From a virus, in UHGV virus genome UHGV-0118082: DNA of 23,476 bases; one strand, written 5' to 3'. The translations under genes were made by a program, and so were the position numbers. Within the stretch, counting starts at the first letter, position 1. Each line of letters begins with the position of its first letter. Below, in pieces: positions 1 through 9,776 of this stretch. Under the pieces are notes generated by a model, which ran no database searches, was not told where the DNA came from, and was given only the letters and a program-made list of their open reading frames with translations.

Positions 1-179
1 GAGTGATCCACCTTTACTATCGAATATCACAAAGACTTGCGGGCCAGTGCAAGGCGTTGTGTGTCTCAGTTTTGTCTAATTTAGTTAAGTAAGTTGTCGA
101 TCTATCGATACATGAATGATAGTCTCCTCAACATCAATTGTTTTGCAAAAAAACAATTAAATGAAAACAGGTAAGTTAC

Positions 180-1187
180 ATGAAAAAAATACTATCAGTT
201 TCCTTCTTTCTCATTGCCTACAGCGTGTATATTAAAATAGCTAATGCAGATGATTTAAAGGAAAAACAATATGTTACTGTAAACATGCCGGACGAAATCG
301 TGAGAGTTCAATATGTATACACTCCAAATGAAGATAGAGTAATTGAACTTTCGCGTGTTGGACTTAATAAACTTTTTTCTTTTTCCAAATTATACAAAAT
401 TTATTCAGTACAAGATGCTATCTATCAAAGTGGAAAAATGAATAATCTTTCAACAGTTCAAGTATTCGACACCGATATAATCGGCCCAATTATGGTTAGC
501 GCAGAAAATAATGAAAATGGGGATGATCCAATAGCTGCGTTTACAGGTGGATGGCATGGTTTTAACCGTGACCAGAGCGGGTCACCTACAGCCAGGCATA
601 TTTCTCTTCAGGTATGGGTTGATGGGAAGATCGTCAAAAATACCTTTAAGGGGTATGCAAATGATTTAGTGATCGAAACCACGTCTAACATCCAAGGGTT
701 TAATACCAAAAAGAAAGATGGCTCAGGTAGAGAGATTATTCAACAGAAAGTAAAAATGACCTTCAATGAAGGACGTGCAGATGTACAGATCAAAATGATT
801 CCTCTTGAAAAGGTGAGGATACACACCTACTACGGACTACAAACAGCACTTTCCCAACTGTATGCCAACAGTTCAATTCGTTATGAATCAGGTGACTCTC
901 CAGAATGGAAAGACACCTCCAGCGGACCAAATGATAGTGGACCTAAGGGTAAATATCCAAATGTTGACAGCATGATAGTCAGAAACAAAAGTAATGATGT
1001 GATAGTTGCCTGGCTTGATACTAAAAATGGGCTAGGTGAAAGATTAAACGTCAGTGATACGTATCCTGCTGCTTTTTTTGTTGGATACAAGAGCTACTTC
1101 AATTTAGTAAACGGAATTCCATTGACGATATCACCCGGACAGACTGCAGAAGTCAGTGGAGGGTTTGAATGGGTCAAGGGGATATGA
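180..1187 (+). CDS. Hypothetical secreted protein (Sec-type signal peptide); accessory gene upstream of gtrA
   Basis: ATG at 180; 335-aa ORF; N-terminus MKKILSVSFFLIAYSVYIKIANA is a typical signal peptide; AT-rich like the gtr operon; no recognisable catalytic motif. Confidence 0.6.
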   Translation: MKKILSVSFFLIAYSVYIKIANADDLKEKQYVTVNMPDEIVRVQYVYTPNEDRVIELSRVGLNKLFSFSKLYKIYSVQDAIYQSGKMNNLSTVQVFDTDIIGPIMVSAENNENGDDPIAAFTGGWHGFNRDQSGSPTARHISLQVWVDGKIVKNTFKGYANDLVIETTSNIQGFNTKKKDGSGREIIQQKVKMTFNEGRADVQIKMIPLEKVRIHTYYGLQTALSQLYANSSIRYESGDSPEWKDTSSGPNDSGPKGKYPNVDSMIVRNKSNDVIVAWLDTKNGLGERLNVSDTYPAAFFVGYKSYFNLVNGIPLTISPGQTAEVSGGFEWVKGI

Positions 1188-1402
1188 ATTAACGTAGGCA
1201 TATTTTCTCACATTGCATCCCTTCCATATGATGAAGCCTTTGCCAAGACACTCACAAAGTTCCTTTACAGTACTGTTATGGCTAACAAAGCACTATAACT
1301 CAACCTGTGTGATTTAGAATGCTTCCTTTGTTAAGCAAACTATCGATCGATGAAGCCTTGGATGATAGACTTCGTATCTTTCAGAACTCATTGATTAGAT
1401 AA

Positions 1403-1765
1403 ATGTTTAAGCTATTTGCAAAGTACACCTCGATAGGTGTGTTGAATACGCTAATACACTGGGTAGTTTTTGGTGTATGTATCTATGTTGCGCATACCAA
1501 TCAGACTATTGCTAACTTCGCAGGTTTCGTCGTTGCAGTGAGTTTCAGCTTCTTCGCGAATGCCAGATTCACCTTCAAAGCCGCCACAACAACGAAACGT
1601 TACATGCTCTATGTAGGATTCATGGGAATGTTGAGTGCGGCAGTAGGTTGGGCTGCTGACAAATGCTCACTTCCTCCTATTATCACGCTCATTACCTTTT
1701 CCGCCATCAGTCTGGTGTGCGGTTTCGTCTATTCAAAATTCATTGTATTTAGGAATGTGAAATGA
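1403..1765 (+). CDS. gtrA: GtrA-family flippase for bactoprenol-linked glucose
   Basis: 120-aa small hydrophobic protein; ATGA overlap with the downstream GT-2 glycosyltransferase; size and position match phage gtrA. Confidence 0.85.
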   Translation: MFKLFAKYTSIGVLNTLIHWVVFGVCIYVAHTNQTIANFAGFVVAVSFSFFANARFTFKAATTTKRYMLYVGFMGMLSAAVGWAADKCSLPPIITLITFSAISLVCGFVYSKFIVFRNVK

Positions 1766-2688
1766 AAATATCTCTGGTCGTTCCTGTCTTCAATGAAGAA
1801 GATGCGATACCTATTTTCTATAAGACGGTACGTGAATTCGAAAAGTTGAAGCCATATGACGTCGAAATTGTATTCATAAATGACGGAAGTAAAGATTCTA
1901 CAGAATCTATTATCAATGCGCTTGGGGAGTCAGATCCACTAGTTAAGCCATTGTCCTTCACCCGTAATTTTGGCAAAGAGCCTGCGTTGTTTGCTGGGCT
2001 TGATCATGCAACTGGTGAAGCGATAATTCCAATAGACGTTGATTTACAGGACCCGATTGAAGTTATCCCTCACCTAATTGAGAAATGGCAGGCCGGGGCG
2101 GATATGGTATTAGCTAAGAGATCTGACCGCTCAACAGATGGTAGACTTAAACGAAAAACCGCCGAGTGGTTCTATAAGTTACATAATAAAATCAGCAACC
2201 CAAAGATTGAAGAGAACGTTGGAGATTTCCGCCTGATGTCGCGTGAGGTTGTTGAAAACATCAAGCTTTTACCTGAACGAAATCTTTTTATGAAGGGTAT
2301 CCTAAGCTGGGTTGGCGGTCGTACTGATGTGGTTGAGTATGCCCGCGCCGAACGTGTAGCCGGTAGTACTAAATTTAATGGCTGGAAGCTATGGAATCTC
2401 GCACTTGAGGGGATCACCAGCTTCTCCACCTTCCCGCTTCGCATCTGGACGTATATTGGCTTGTTTGTGGCGAGCGTAGCATTTATCTATGGCACATGGA
2501 TGATTATAGACACTATAGCTTTCGGTAATGCCGTTCGCGGGTACCCTTCTATTTTGGTATCTATACTATTTTTAGGTGGAATTCAATTGATTGGTATCGG
2601 AGTTCTAGGTGAATATATCGGAAGAATATATATAGAGACAAAAAAACGTCCTAAGTTTATTTTAAAGGGTTCAAAAAATGAGCATTGA
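1762..2688 (+). CDS. gtrB: GtrB bactoprenol glucosyltransferase (GT-2 family)
   Basis: 308 aa; GT-2 motifs visible in translation ([23 protein letters not shown]); hydrophobic C-terminal segment; overlaps start of next gene. Confidence 0.9.
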   Translation: MKISLVVPVFNEEDAIPIFYKTVREFEKLKPYDVEIVFINDGSKDSTESIINALGESDPLVKPLSFTRNFGKEPALFAGLDHATGEAIIPIDVDLQDPIEVIPHLIEKWQAGADMVLAKRSDRSTDGRLKRKTAEWFYKLHNKISNPKIEENVGDFRLMSREVVENIKLLPERNLFMKGILSWVGGRTDVVEYARAERVAGSTKFNGWKLWNLALEGITSFSTFPLRIWTYIGLFVASVAFIYGTWMIIDTIAFGNAVRGYPSILVSILFLGGIQLIGIGVLGEYIGRIYIETKKRPKFILKGSKNEH

Positions 2689-4306
2689 TTTTAATAAATA
2701 TAAATTAGCACTTTCGCTATTAATTATTTATTTTTTAACTTTTGTTATAAATTCTCTCGTCCCGCTAATATCTGATGATTTTAGCTATATGCGCATTGGT
2801 ATTGACTTATCAAGTCGTTATCATCACTATATGACATGGAGCGGAAGAATCGAGGCTGACATAATAAGCTCGGCAATACTTCAATTTAATTCAGTAATAG
2901 TAAAATCATTAATAAATGCAGCCCCATTGGTTGCTTTATGCTTTTTTGTGCATAAAATAATATCATTATATTCTGAATCAGACCCTTTAATCACGCCTCT
3001 GATTACATTTTCATGTTATTTTTTATTTAACCCCAATCTTGGGCAGACAACATTCTGGATTGTTGGGTCTGCAAACTATCTTTGGACTACTACCTTTTGC
3101 ATTGTTTTTACATATTCAATATGTCTACTGACAACATTAGATCGCATTACTAAAACAAAGGAAATATTTATATATTTATCGGCACTTTTAGCTGGGTGTT
3201 CTAGTGAGGCAAGTGCTGCATTAATGGTGTCAGCATCAGCGCTAGCAATTTTAAACAACATATATATCAGCAATAAAAATAAGCGAATTGCTATTATTGC
3301 CTTTGTATTTTGCTTGGCTGGGTTTATTGTTTTAATATTTGCCCCGGGGAATAAGGTAAGACTAGCTAGTGATGTTTTCAGCACGTGGAGAGGAATGGGT
3401 ATATTTGAAAAGGTAGAATACCATTTTTATGAGCGAGTCCCTAGCCTCATACGTTACATAAAATTTGAGTTTGCAATTGCTGCTGTATGTGTTATTTCAT
3501 ACATCGGTTATAATAAATTTAAATTTAGCACATCAGTATTCTGCTTATATGTAGCACCTATAATAGGTTTTTCTTTCATACTTGTTATTCTGGCATTTTC
3601 CCCATATACTCCAGAGCGTTCAGTTAATATACTTACTGTGATCCTTGCTATCCCTATATGTGCCTTAGTTAATAAACTAACAAAGCATGTCAAAATAGCA
3701 ATTACATTTTCCTTTGTTATTGTTATGCTTATAAACTGGACTCATGTTTATTCATCATATTCGAGAGTTTATATTCAGGACATTATGAGAAGATCCTACA
3801 TGCAGGATATGATTGAAAAAGGAGTTGATGACATAACAATTCCACAATATAACTTCTCAAACTTTTTCAAAGAACTTGATTTATGGGATTTATTTAACAA
3901 TGAATATGAGATAGCAAGATATTTTGGAGCCAAGAAAATTAACGTAATCCCGGTAAATATTGACTATTCCTATTTATTGACACAGCCTAACTACACTTGC
4001 AAAATAATTGATGAAAAATCAGTTGAAAAGATATACTCAATTAATTTTTATGAGGATTCTTTTAATGATGTACTGCTAATTGGAGAGACAACAAGTAGCA
4101 CTGGAACGATAGGTGAATTAACTAAAGTTAATTTTTCTGTTGTTACTGATGTTAGAAAATACCAATATGAATTGCCTTCAAATAACGTGTCTCTATTTGG
4201 ACGCAATCTCCTTGTTGTGAGAACCCCAGCGATTAATATTGACAAAGCAAAAGAGGTGTCATTCTTAATAAATGGGATGAATTGTGTATCGACAATTGAT
4301 AGATAA
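2678..4306 (+). CDS. GtrC-type serotype-specific O-antigen glucosyltransferase (polytopic membrane protein), assigned by operon position
   Basis: 542-aa ORF immediately after gtrB, highly hydrophobic N-terminal two-thirds, AT-rich; third position of a gtr operon. Confidence 0.7.
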   Translation: MSIDFNKYKLALSLLIIYFLTFVINSLVPLISDDFSYMRIGIDLSSRYHHYMTWSGRIEADIISSAILQFNSVIVKSLINAAPLVALCFFVHKIISLYSESDPLITPLITFSCYFLFNPNLGQTTFWIVGSANYLWTTTFCIVFTYSICLLTTLDRITKTKEIFIYLSALLAGCSSEASAALMVSASALAILNNIYISNKNKRIAIIAFVFCLAGFIVLIFAPGNKVRLASDVFSTWRGMGIFEKVEYHFYERVPSLIRYIKFEFAIAAVCVISYIGYNKFKFSTSVFCLYVAPIIGFSFILVILAFSPYTPERSVNILTVILAIPICALVNKLTKHVKIAITFSFVIVMLINWTHVYSSYSRVYIQDIMRRSYMQDMIEKGVDDITIPQYNFSNFFKELDLWDLFNNEYEIARYFGAKKINVIPVNIDYSYLLTQPNYTCKIIDEKSVEKIYSINFYEDSFNDVLLIGETTSSTGTIGELTKVNFSVVTDVRKYQYELPSNNVSLFGRNLLVVRTPAINIDKAKEVSFLINGMNCVSTIDR

Positions 4307-4316
4307 TTAATAAAAA

Positions 4317-4337
4317 CAGCCCTGTCAATCAGGGCTG
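4317..4337. terminator. Bidirectional intrinsic terminator between convergent gtrC and tailspike remnant
   Basis: Hairpin CAGCCCTG-tcaat-CAGGGCTG flanked by AAAAA upstream and AAAATTATTT downstream. Confidence 0.7.
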
Positions 4338-4341
4338 AAAA

Positions 4342-6516
4342 TTATTTAATTCTAAAGTATGTTGATCCTGTGCTTAGGAATTCATATATCCCCTGTGATT
4401 CTATTGTTGTAATTAGCACTGGTCCATTATAAATACCTATGGTCTGACCATTAAAATTTACTGATGAAAGATCTAGCAAAACCCTGTTCCTAAGAAGCGT
4501 TCCATTTAATATAGTTAACTCTGGAAGCATCAGTGTTTTACCAGGAGATAAAGTACCTCCAAATTTTATTATATTCCTAGAATCATCAGGCCATGGTGAA
4601 GCCGAATTAATATCCGGTATTATTAGAATCTTACCTGAGTCACGATAGTCTGATGTTGAATAGAATGTTCCTTTACCTGAAGTATGTTCGTTATCATAAA
4701 TGCCAGCAGGGGCATTTGTGAGAACAGGTTGATTAAATCTAGTGCCTGCGAATCTTGCAATATAAGGTGCAGAAGTAGACATCGTTAGTGTTGGTTGTCC
4801 ATTGCCATTAAAACCAACTGCGTTATCTCCAATACTTGATCTTGAAAATTCATTTACATCAAAGAAACCAATATCAGTGAATCCACCTTCGCTCACTGAT
4901 TCATGGCTGTTTCCGGTAAATGAAAAGTTAGTAAAACGAGACGAGCATTTAAATGCCGGACCTGATTCTGTAGTGTGGTGCCTACCAAACTTAACACCGG
5001 TGAATGTAATGTTATCACCATTTACACAATCCATAACATTGCTGATGTACCCAGAACCTGAGTTCCACCCAATAGAACCGCCTACCCATGAAAAACCATC
5101 AAACTCCAGAATGTCAAATATCTTGCCGCCTGTAAAAGCATAGTGAGTGCAGTTTGAGAACATACATGACTTCATTCTGCGACCGCGGAAACCATACTTA
5201 GTTCCGAACAGATGGATATTAACAAACTGTCCACCTTCTATTCCTTGAATGCTTCCACCACTCAAATCAGTACCACCTACAAATTCTTTGGTCCCATCGA
5301 CTATGATGTCATTCCACAGCCCATAATGCCCCAGACCAGATCCTTCTCCGCCGCCATTCCCATCTTTGAAAGAGAAAGTTCGATATGTTTGCAGAACCCA
5401 TAAGTTGCTTATAGTAGGGTTCTCTATGACATCCAAACTGATGCATGTTGCTGTGCGCGGGTAGGTGTCATCTGGTAACTGATGCGCTCTTGATGTAAAT
5501 CTGACAACTTTTGTGATGTTAGATATCTCTGATGAAGGGGTTCCATTGCACCCAGTAACTCCGGTTAATGTACAACTCCCATCAGAGTTATTAACAAGTC
5601 CTGTAGCAAAGAACGCCCCGGAGTTAGTACTGAATTGACAGAAGTTACTTACCGGAACACCTGCGGTGTTGTTGTCAGTCAAAGGCCATGTAATTATATT
5701 TCCACCATTAGCCTGAAATGGATTTGATGCGAGTGTAATGGTATTGGATGTTTTGCTTATCACATCTGTGTTTTCTGACCCTACATATTGTGATATCACC
5801 AAGCGGTCTAATGAATAGCAAACATTACCAAACACAATCCCCCTTGAGTTAAGTCCAACCCTTATCTCTGGGGCATTCCCCAGGGAGTTTATTACACCTT
5901 CACCTCTTATTCCTATGGATACAGGTATTCCATCAATGGCAAATGGTATTGCAACCTCTGTGATTATGTTTATTTTTGAGTTCGCTGTAACAATCAGCTC
6001 TCCGTAGCCAATACGCACTAACGAGTAAATAGCAAGTTTAATTGCTGGTGAATCATTTGTGATGCCAGGTTCCTCAATGAAATTTTTAACTTCATTGATT
6101 CGGTAACCGTTTAGAAGCCCAACGCAAGCCCATTTAGTTGTTTCTACATTTGGAGTTTCACTTGATGAGATGGTGTGCGGTAACTCTCCTGTCCATACAT
6201 ACCATAATCCATCAGTGTAAAGATAAGCATCATTCTTTGATGATATAGTTACACCAGAAGAGAAATCTCCCTTTTTGACAAAAATTGATTGCTTGTAGTC
6301 ACTATAAATAGTTCCTCCATATGAGGAACCAATAAGCTTATCTCCACCAGAAGATGCTAATCTATGCTCAAATTGATCAGGGTCATACTTAAGTACATTC
6401 GGGAAATAGAACTGCTGCGAACCATACGCATCATATACAGCCATAGAATGGCCCTGCACAGTTACGAACTTGGCAATCTGTCCGTTATATACCGGATAGC
6501 CGACTTGGCTAATGTT
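4342..6516 (-). pseudogene. Tailspike gene remnant lacking the N-terminal head-binding domain (beta-helix receptor-binding/enzymatic part retained)
   Basis: Minus-strand frame open from the TAA at 6517-6519 to the stop at 4342. Translation ...[29 protein letters not shown]...VLKYDPDQ matches the end of the P22 gp9 head-binding domain ([28 protein letters not shown]...VLKYDPDQ) as I recall it. No ATG; first possible start is GTG at 6459; the upstream ~80-100 codons of a normal tailspike are absent. Confidence 0.75.
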
Positions 6517-6896
6517 TTATTAGCTGTTTTAGCTAATGTTAAGCTGTCCTGGCTAATCCACTGAGAAACCACCTTGTTCACTCCGATTTTCACGCCATCA
6601 GCAATGAGGAATTTACGCTCGATAAGCTGGCGCTTGGCAGCGCAAACATGAGTGTGATGAATACCTGTCATGGCTGCTATCTGCGTGTTTGTGAGTCGAT
6701 CCATCGGCTTATTGAATCCGTATGTCTTGCGCATGATAGCGAGCATCACCTTCAACTGCCGGACGGTTAAATCAGCCATCAGCAGACTGTCGGTAATCTC
6801 GTTAGCAACGCGCATGAAACCATCTTCGGTATCTGCCACGCGATGCTCCACGACCTCCAGTTGAGGCCTGTAATCAGCTAACTTAACGACGCCCAT
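6462..6896 (-). pseudogene. Replication initiator O-like gene, N-terminal DNA-binding domain only, truncated at its internal iterons
   Basis: 144-aa ORF; ADLTVRQLKVMLAIMRKTYGFNKPMDRLT resembles the lambda O N-terminal domain (ADLTKRQFKVLLAILRKTYGWNKPMDRIT). Last ~25 codons are read from the iteron region and junction, then stop; no C-terminal P-interaction domain. Confidence 0.75.
6496..6557 (-). repeat. Origin-type iterons inside the O-like gene (ori-lambda-like position)
   Basis: On the coding strand three ~19-bp units with dyad symmetry: ATTAGCCAGGACAGCT, ATTAGCTAAAACAGCTAAT, ATTAGCCAAGTCGGCT. Same position relative to the O N-terminal domain as the lambda ori iterons. Confidence 0.55.
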
Positions 6897-7044
6897 GTTT
6901 CACTCCTGCTTTGGCTAGTCTGTAAACACCAACAAGGCGCTCTGCGAACGCCCTGTTATTTGCTGCGGCTACCACTAATCCCTCAGGTGAATCAGGGTGT
7001 CGAATCTCTTCTTTTTCCTGGTATTTCTTACGACGTTTTGTCAT
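6889..7044 (-). CDS. Small hypothetical protein (51 aa) between cII and the O-like gene
   Basis: ATG at 7044 preceded by CAGGAGT Shine-Dalgarno; MTKRRKKYQEKEEIRHPDSPEG...; below the 60-aa track cutoff; stop overlaps the O-like start region. Confidence 0.4.
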
Positions 7045-7076
7045 AATTACTCCTGTGGATTGATCCAGTAATTCCC

Positions 7077-7373
7077 TCAGAATTGCATATCAATTTGCTT
7101 AAAATCCTCGGTGGCGGCCGGGGATTTTTTCTTTGTGATTCCATCCAATGCATACTTAAAAGCCCTGCTAATCGGACTGATGTCTGATGCCATTCCGAAA
7201 GCACACAAGACCGAAGCAATAAATCTCCAGTCCGTTCTGCTTATCTTCGATTCATGACAGCCAATCATCTTTGCCAGACCGCGCTGGGTAAGCGTTGACA
7301 GGTTGATGAGTAAATCAGTTTCAGCGCGATCAATTTCTCGCTGTGTTGGCTTGCTATAACTTGCTTGTGTCAT
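7077..7373 (-). CDS. cII: CII-like transcriptional activator
   Basis: 98 aa; HTH region LAKMIGCHESKISR and C-terminus KKKSPAATEDFKQIDMQF parallel lambda CII (KSQISR ... KKRPAATERSEQIQMEF); directly downstream of cro. Confidence 0.85.
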   Translation of the reverse strand: MTQASYSKPTQREIDRAETDLLINLSTLTQRGLAKMIGCHESKISRTDWRFIASVLCAFGMASDISPISRAFKYALDGITKKKSPAATEDFKQIDMQF

Positions 7374-7457
7374 TTGTTAATTTTCCAATAGTGAATAGTT
7401 AGTTGAAAGGTATGCGTGGAAACGCATATGGCCTTAGTTGGTCAGATATCTTGGGGC

Positions 7458-7472
7458 TCGCTTTGTCAGCGA
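7458..7472 (-). promoter_or_regulatory. nutR boxB-like hairpin (P22 type)
   Basis: Minus-strand TCGCT-GACAA-AGCGA stem-loop between cro and cII; same pentaloop as the nutL hairpin at 9634-9648. Confidence 0.5.
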
Positions 7473-7510
7473 CGTAGGACGAATGTCCATTGTGAAAAGA
7501 GCGGTGTTAC

Positions 7511-7711
7511 TTATGCAGTTGTTTTTTTGTTACTTGGGAAGGGCTTTATTTCTTCCGCATAAACGCTTCCATCAGCGTTTATAGTTAAAAAAATCTTTCG
7601 GCCTGCATGAATGGCCTTGTTAATCGCGCTTTGATATACGCCGAGATCTTTAGCCGTCTTGGTTTGCCCAAAGCGTATTGCATAATCTTTCAGGGTTATG
7701 CGTTGTTCCAT
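7511..7711 (-). CDS. cro: Cro repressor
   Basis: 66 aa [66 protein letters not shown], essentially the lambda Cro sequence as I recall it; AGGAGG Shine-Dalgarno upstream. Confidence 0.95.
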   Translation of the reverse strand: MEQRITLKDYAIRFGQTKTAKDLGVYQSAINKAIHAGRKIFLTINADGSVYAEEIKPFPSNKKTTA

Positions 7712-7737
7712 ACAACCTCCTTAGTACAGGCAACCAT

Positions 7738-7801
7738 TATCACCGCTAGAGGTAAAATAGTCAACACGCACGGTGTTAGAAGTTTATCCCTTGCGGTGAT
7801 A
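7738..7801. promoter_or_regulatory. Right operator OR1-OR2-OR3 with divergent PR and PRM promoters
   Basis: Three 17-bp operators at 7738-7754 (OR1), 7762-7778 (OR2), 7785-7801 (OR3); PR -35 TTGACT and -10 GATAAT on minus strand; cI starts at 7812 with almost no leader. Confidence 0.85.
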
Positions 7802-7808
7802 GATTTAA

Positions 7809-8525
<717 letters not shown>

Positions 8526-8556
8526 TTGTTTTATTTTTCACGTAATAGGATGATTT

Positions 8557-8898
8557 ATGACACAATTTCAACTTGCATTAATCGCTAGAGAAGTTGATGG
8601 AGAAGTCATCCATCTTCGCACCAAAGACGGATACATCAATGCCACCGCGATGTGCAAGTCTGCGGGGAAGCTACTTGCTGACTATACACGACTAAAAACA
8701 ACACAAGATTTTTTTGATGAATTATCACGCGATATGGGGATTCCCATATCGGAGTTAATTCAATCATTTAAAGGCGGAAGAGCAGAGAATCAAGGGACTT
8801 GGGTTCATCCAGACATCGCAATTAATTTAGCTCAGTGGCTATCTCCAAAATTTGCAGTGCAAGTATCGAGATGGGTGCGTGAGTGGATGTCAGGTTAA
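8557..8898 (+). CDS. KilA-N/APSES-fold DNA-binding domain protein occupying the rexA position
   Basis: 113 aa; RTKDGYINATAMCKSAGK ... FKGGRAENQGTWVHPDIAINLAQWLSPKF parallels the APSES/KilA-N signature (DxYVNAT..LKAA.. / QGGxGKYQGTWVP...A..LA); AGGA Shine-Dalgarno upstream of the ATG. Confidence 0.7.
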   Translation: MTQFQLALIAREVDGEVIHLRTKDGYINATAMCKSAGKLLADYTRLKTTQDFFDELSRDMGIPISELIQSFKGGRAENQGTWVHPDIAINLAQWLSPKFAVQVSRWVREWMSG

Positions 8899-8937
8899 AG
8901 AGCGCCTGCCGAACTCCCTATCCACCTTAAGCGGTAT

Positions 8938-9316
8938 ATGACAAACCGAGGCAGAGTTCCTCATACGCACTTTTCTATGCTTAATGAACTGACGTTTAAC
9001 TTGGTTGCGCCACTTGAACAGGCCGGATATACGCTGCCAGAAAAAATGGTCCCTGATATTTCAGAGGGTAGGGTTTTCTCGCAATGGCTCCGTGACAACC
9101 GGGGGGTTGAGCCGAAGACATTCCCAACATATAACCATGAGTACCCAGATGGCCGGACATTCCCGGTACGTCTATACCCAAACGAATATTGCAGATTTCA
9201 AACAATACTTCAACGAAGTGTGGCTGCCTCAGTACGCTCCTAAATATTTTGCTGAACGAGACCAAAGGGCATTGACGTTGATTGAGAAAATCATGCTACC
9301 TGACCTTGATTCCTAA
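8938..9316 (+). pseudogene. Hypothetical gene split by a +1 frame change (two protein-like ORF halves in different frames)
   Basis: Frame of 8938 reads protein-like to ...RTFPVRLYPNEY then degenerates. Frame of 9005 is junk-like at first but protein-like from ...IADFKQYFNEVWLPQYAPKYFAERDQRALTLIEKIMLPDLDS; switch point near 9175-9195. Confidence 0.45.
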
Positions 9317-9324
9317 ATGTTATT

Positions 9325-9350
9325 CCCGGCCACAGAGCCGGGTTTTCTTT
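9325..9350 (+). terminator. Intrinsic terminator ending the cI-operon transcript (lambda timm equivalent)
   Basis: CCCGG-ccacagag-CCGGG hairpin followed by TTTTCTTT; surrounding sequence matches the lambda region between rexB and OL as recalled. Confidence 0.7.
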
Positions 9351-9502
9351 GCCTCACGATCCCCCTCACCCAAGAACACATAACCAATTGTATCTATTTG
9401 AAAATAAATAGATACAACTCACTAAACATAGCAGTTCAGATCTCTCACCTACCAAACAATGCACCCCTGCAAAAAATAAATTCATATAAAAAACATACAG
9501 AT

Positions 9503-9565
9503 AACCATCTGCGGTGATGAATTATCTCTAGCGGTGTTGACATAAATACCACTGGCGGTGATACT
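9503..9565 (+). promoter_or_regulatory. Left operator OL3-OL2-OL1 and PL promoter
   Basis: OL3 9503-9519, OL2 9523-9539, OL1 9547-9563 (TACCACTGGCGGTGATA); PL -35 TTGACA at 9537-9542 and -10 GATACT at 9560-9565; matches the canonical PL sequence except a few bases. Confidence 0.85.
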
Positions 9566-9633
9566 AAACACATCAGCAGGACGCACTACTCACCAGGGCG
9601 GTGAATATACAACGATTCAAATATGAATCTACG

Positions 9634-9648
9634 GCGCTGACAAAGCGC
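9634..9648 (+). promoter_or_regulatory. nutL boxB hairpin (P22 type)
   Basis: GCGCTGACAAAGCGC: 5-bp stem with GACAA pentaloop, the P22 boxB sequence as recalled; lies between PL and the N-like gene. Confidence 0.6.
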
Positions 9649-9776
9649 AATAACCAAAGTGAACTTTGGGGTGAATGCAGAAGCTAACCTTCTCGGCGGA
9701 GGCGCTTTGCAATGATTACGCTACCGGAGTTAGTCGCCCGGCTGTATTCACCGCCAAAGTTCACCAGGAGGTCTAT

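Noticed and set aside
1188-1402. Dam/OxyR phase-variation switch upstream of gtrA
   Set aside because: Described gtr phase switches use paired GATC sites; only one GATC is present in this leader, so that mechanism is not supported.
4802-5403. Plus-strand ORFs inside the tailspike remnant (4802-5143, 5212-5403) and minus-strand ORFs inside gtrB/gtrC and the secreted ORF
   Set aside because: Antisense to long, compositionally coherent coding frames; no start-site support.
9317-9517. Track ORF 9317-9517 and the first half of ORF 9005-9316
   Set aside because: 9317-9517 spans the terminator and the lambda-like sequence leading to OL, which is non-coding in lambda. The 5' half of the 9005 frame is junk-like and overlaps the protein-like frame of 8938.
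9675-9776. Upstream start (9675) for the N-like gene given by the track
   Set aside because: That extension would encode the nutL boxB hairpin and lacks a ribosome-binding site; the ATG at 9777 has an AGGAGG Shine-Dalgarno and begins the arginine-rich motif.
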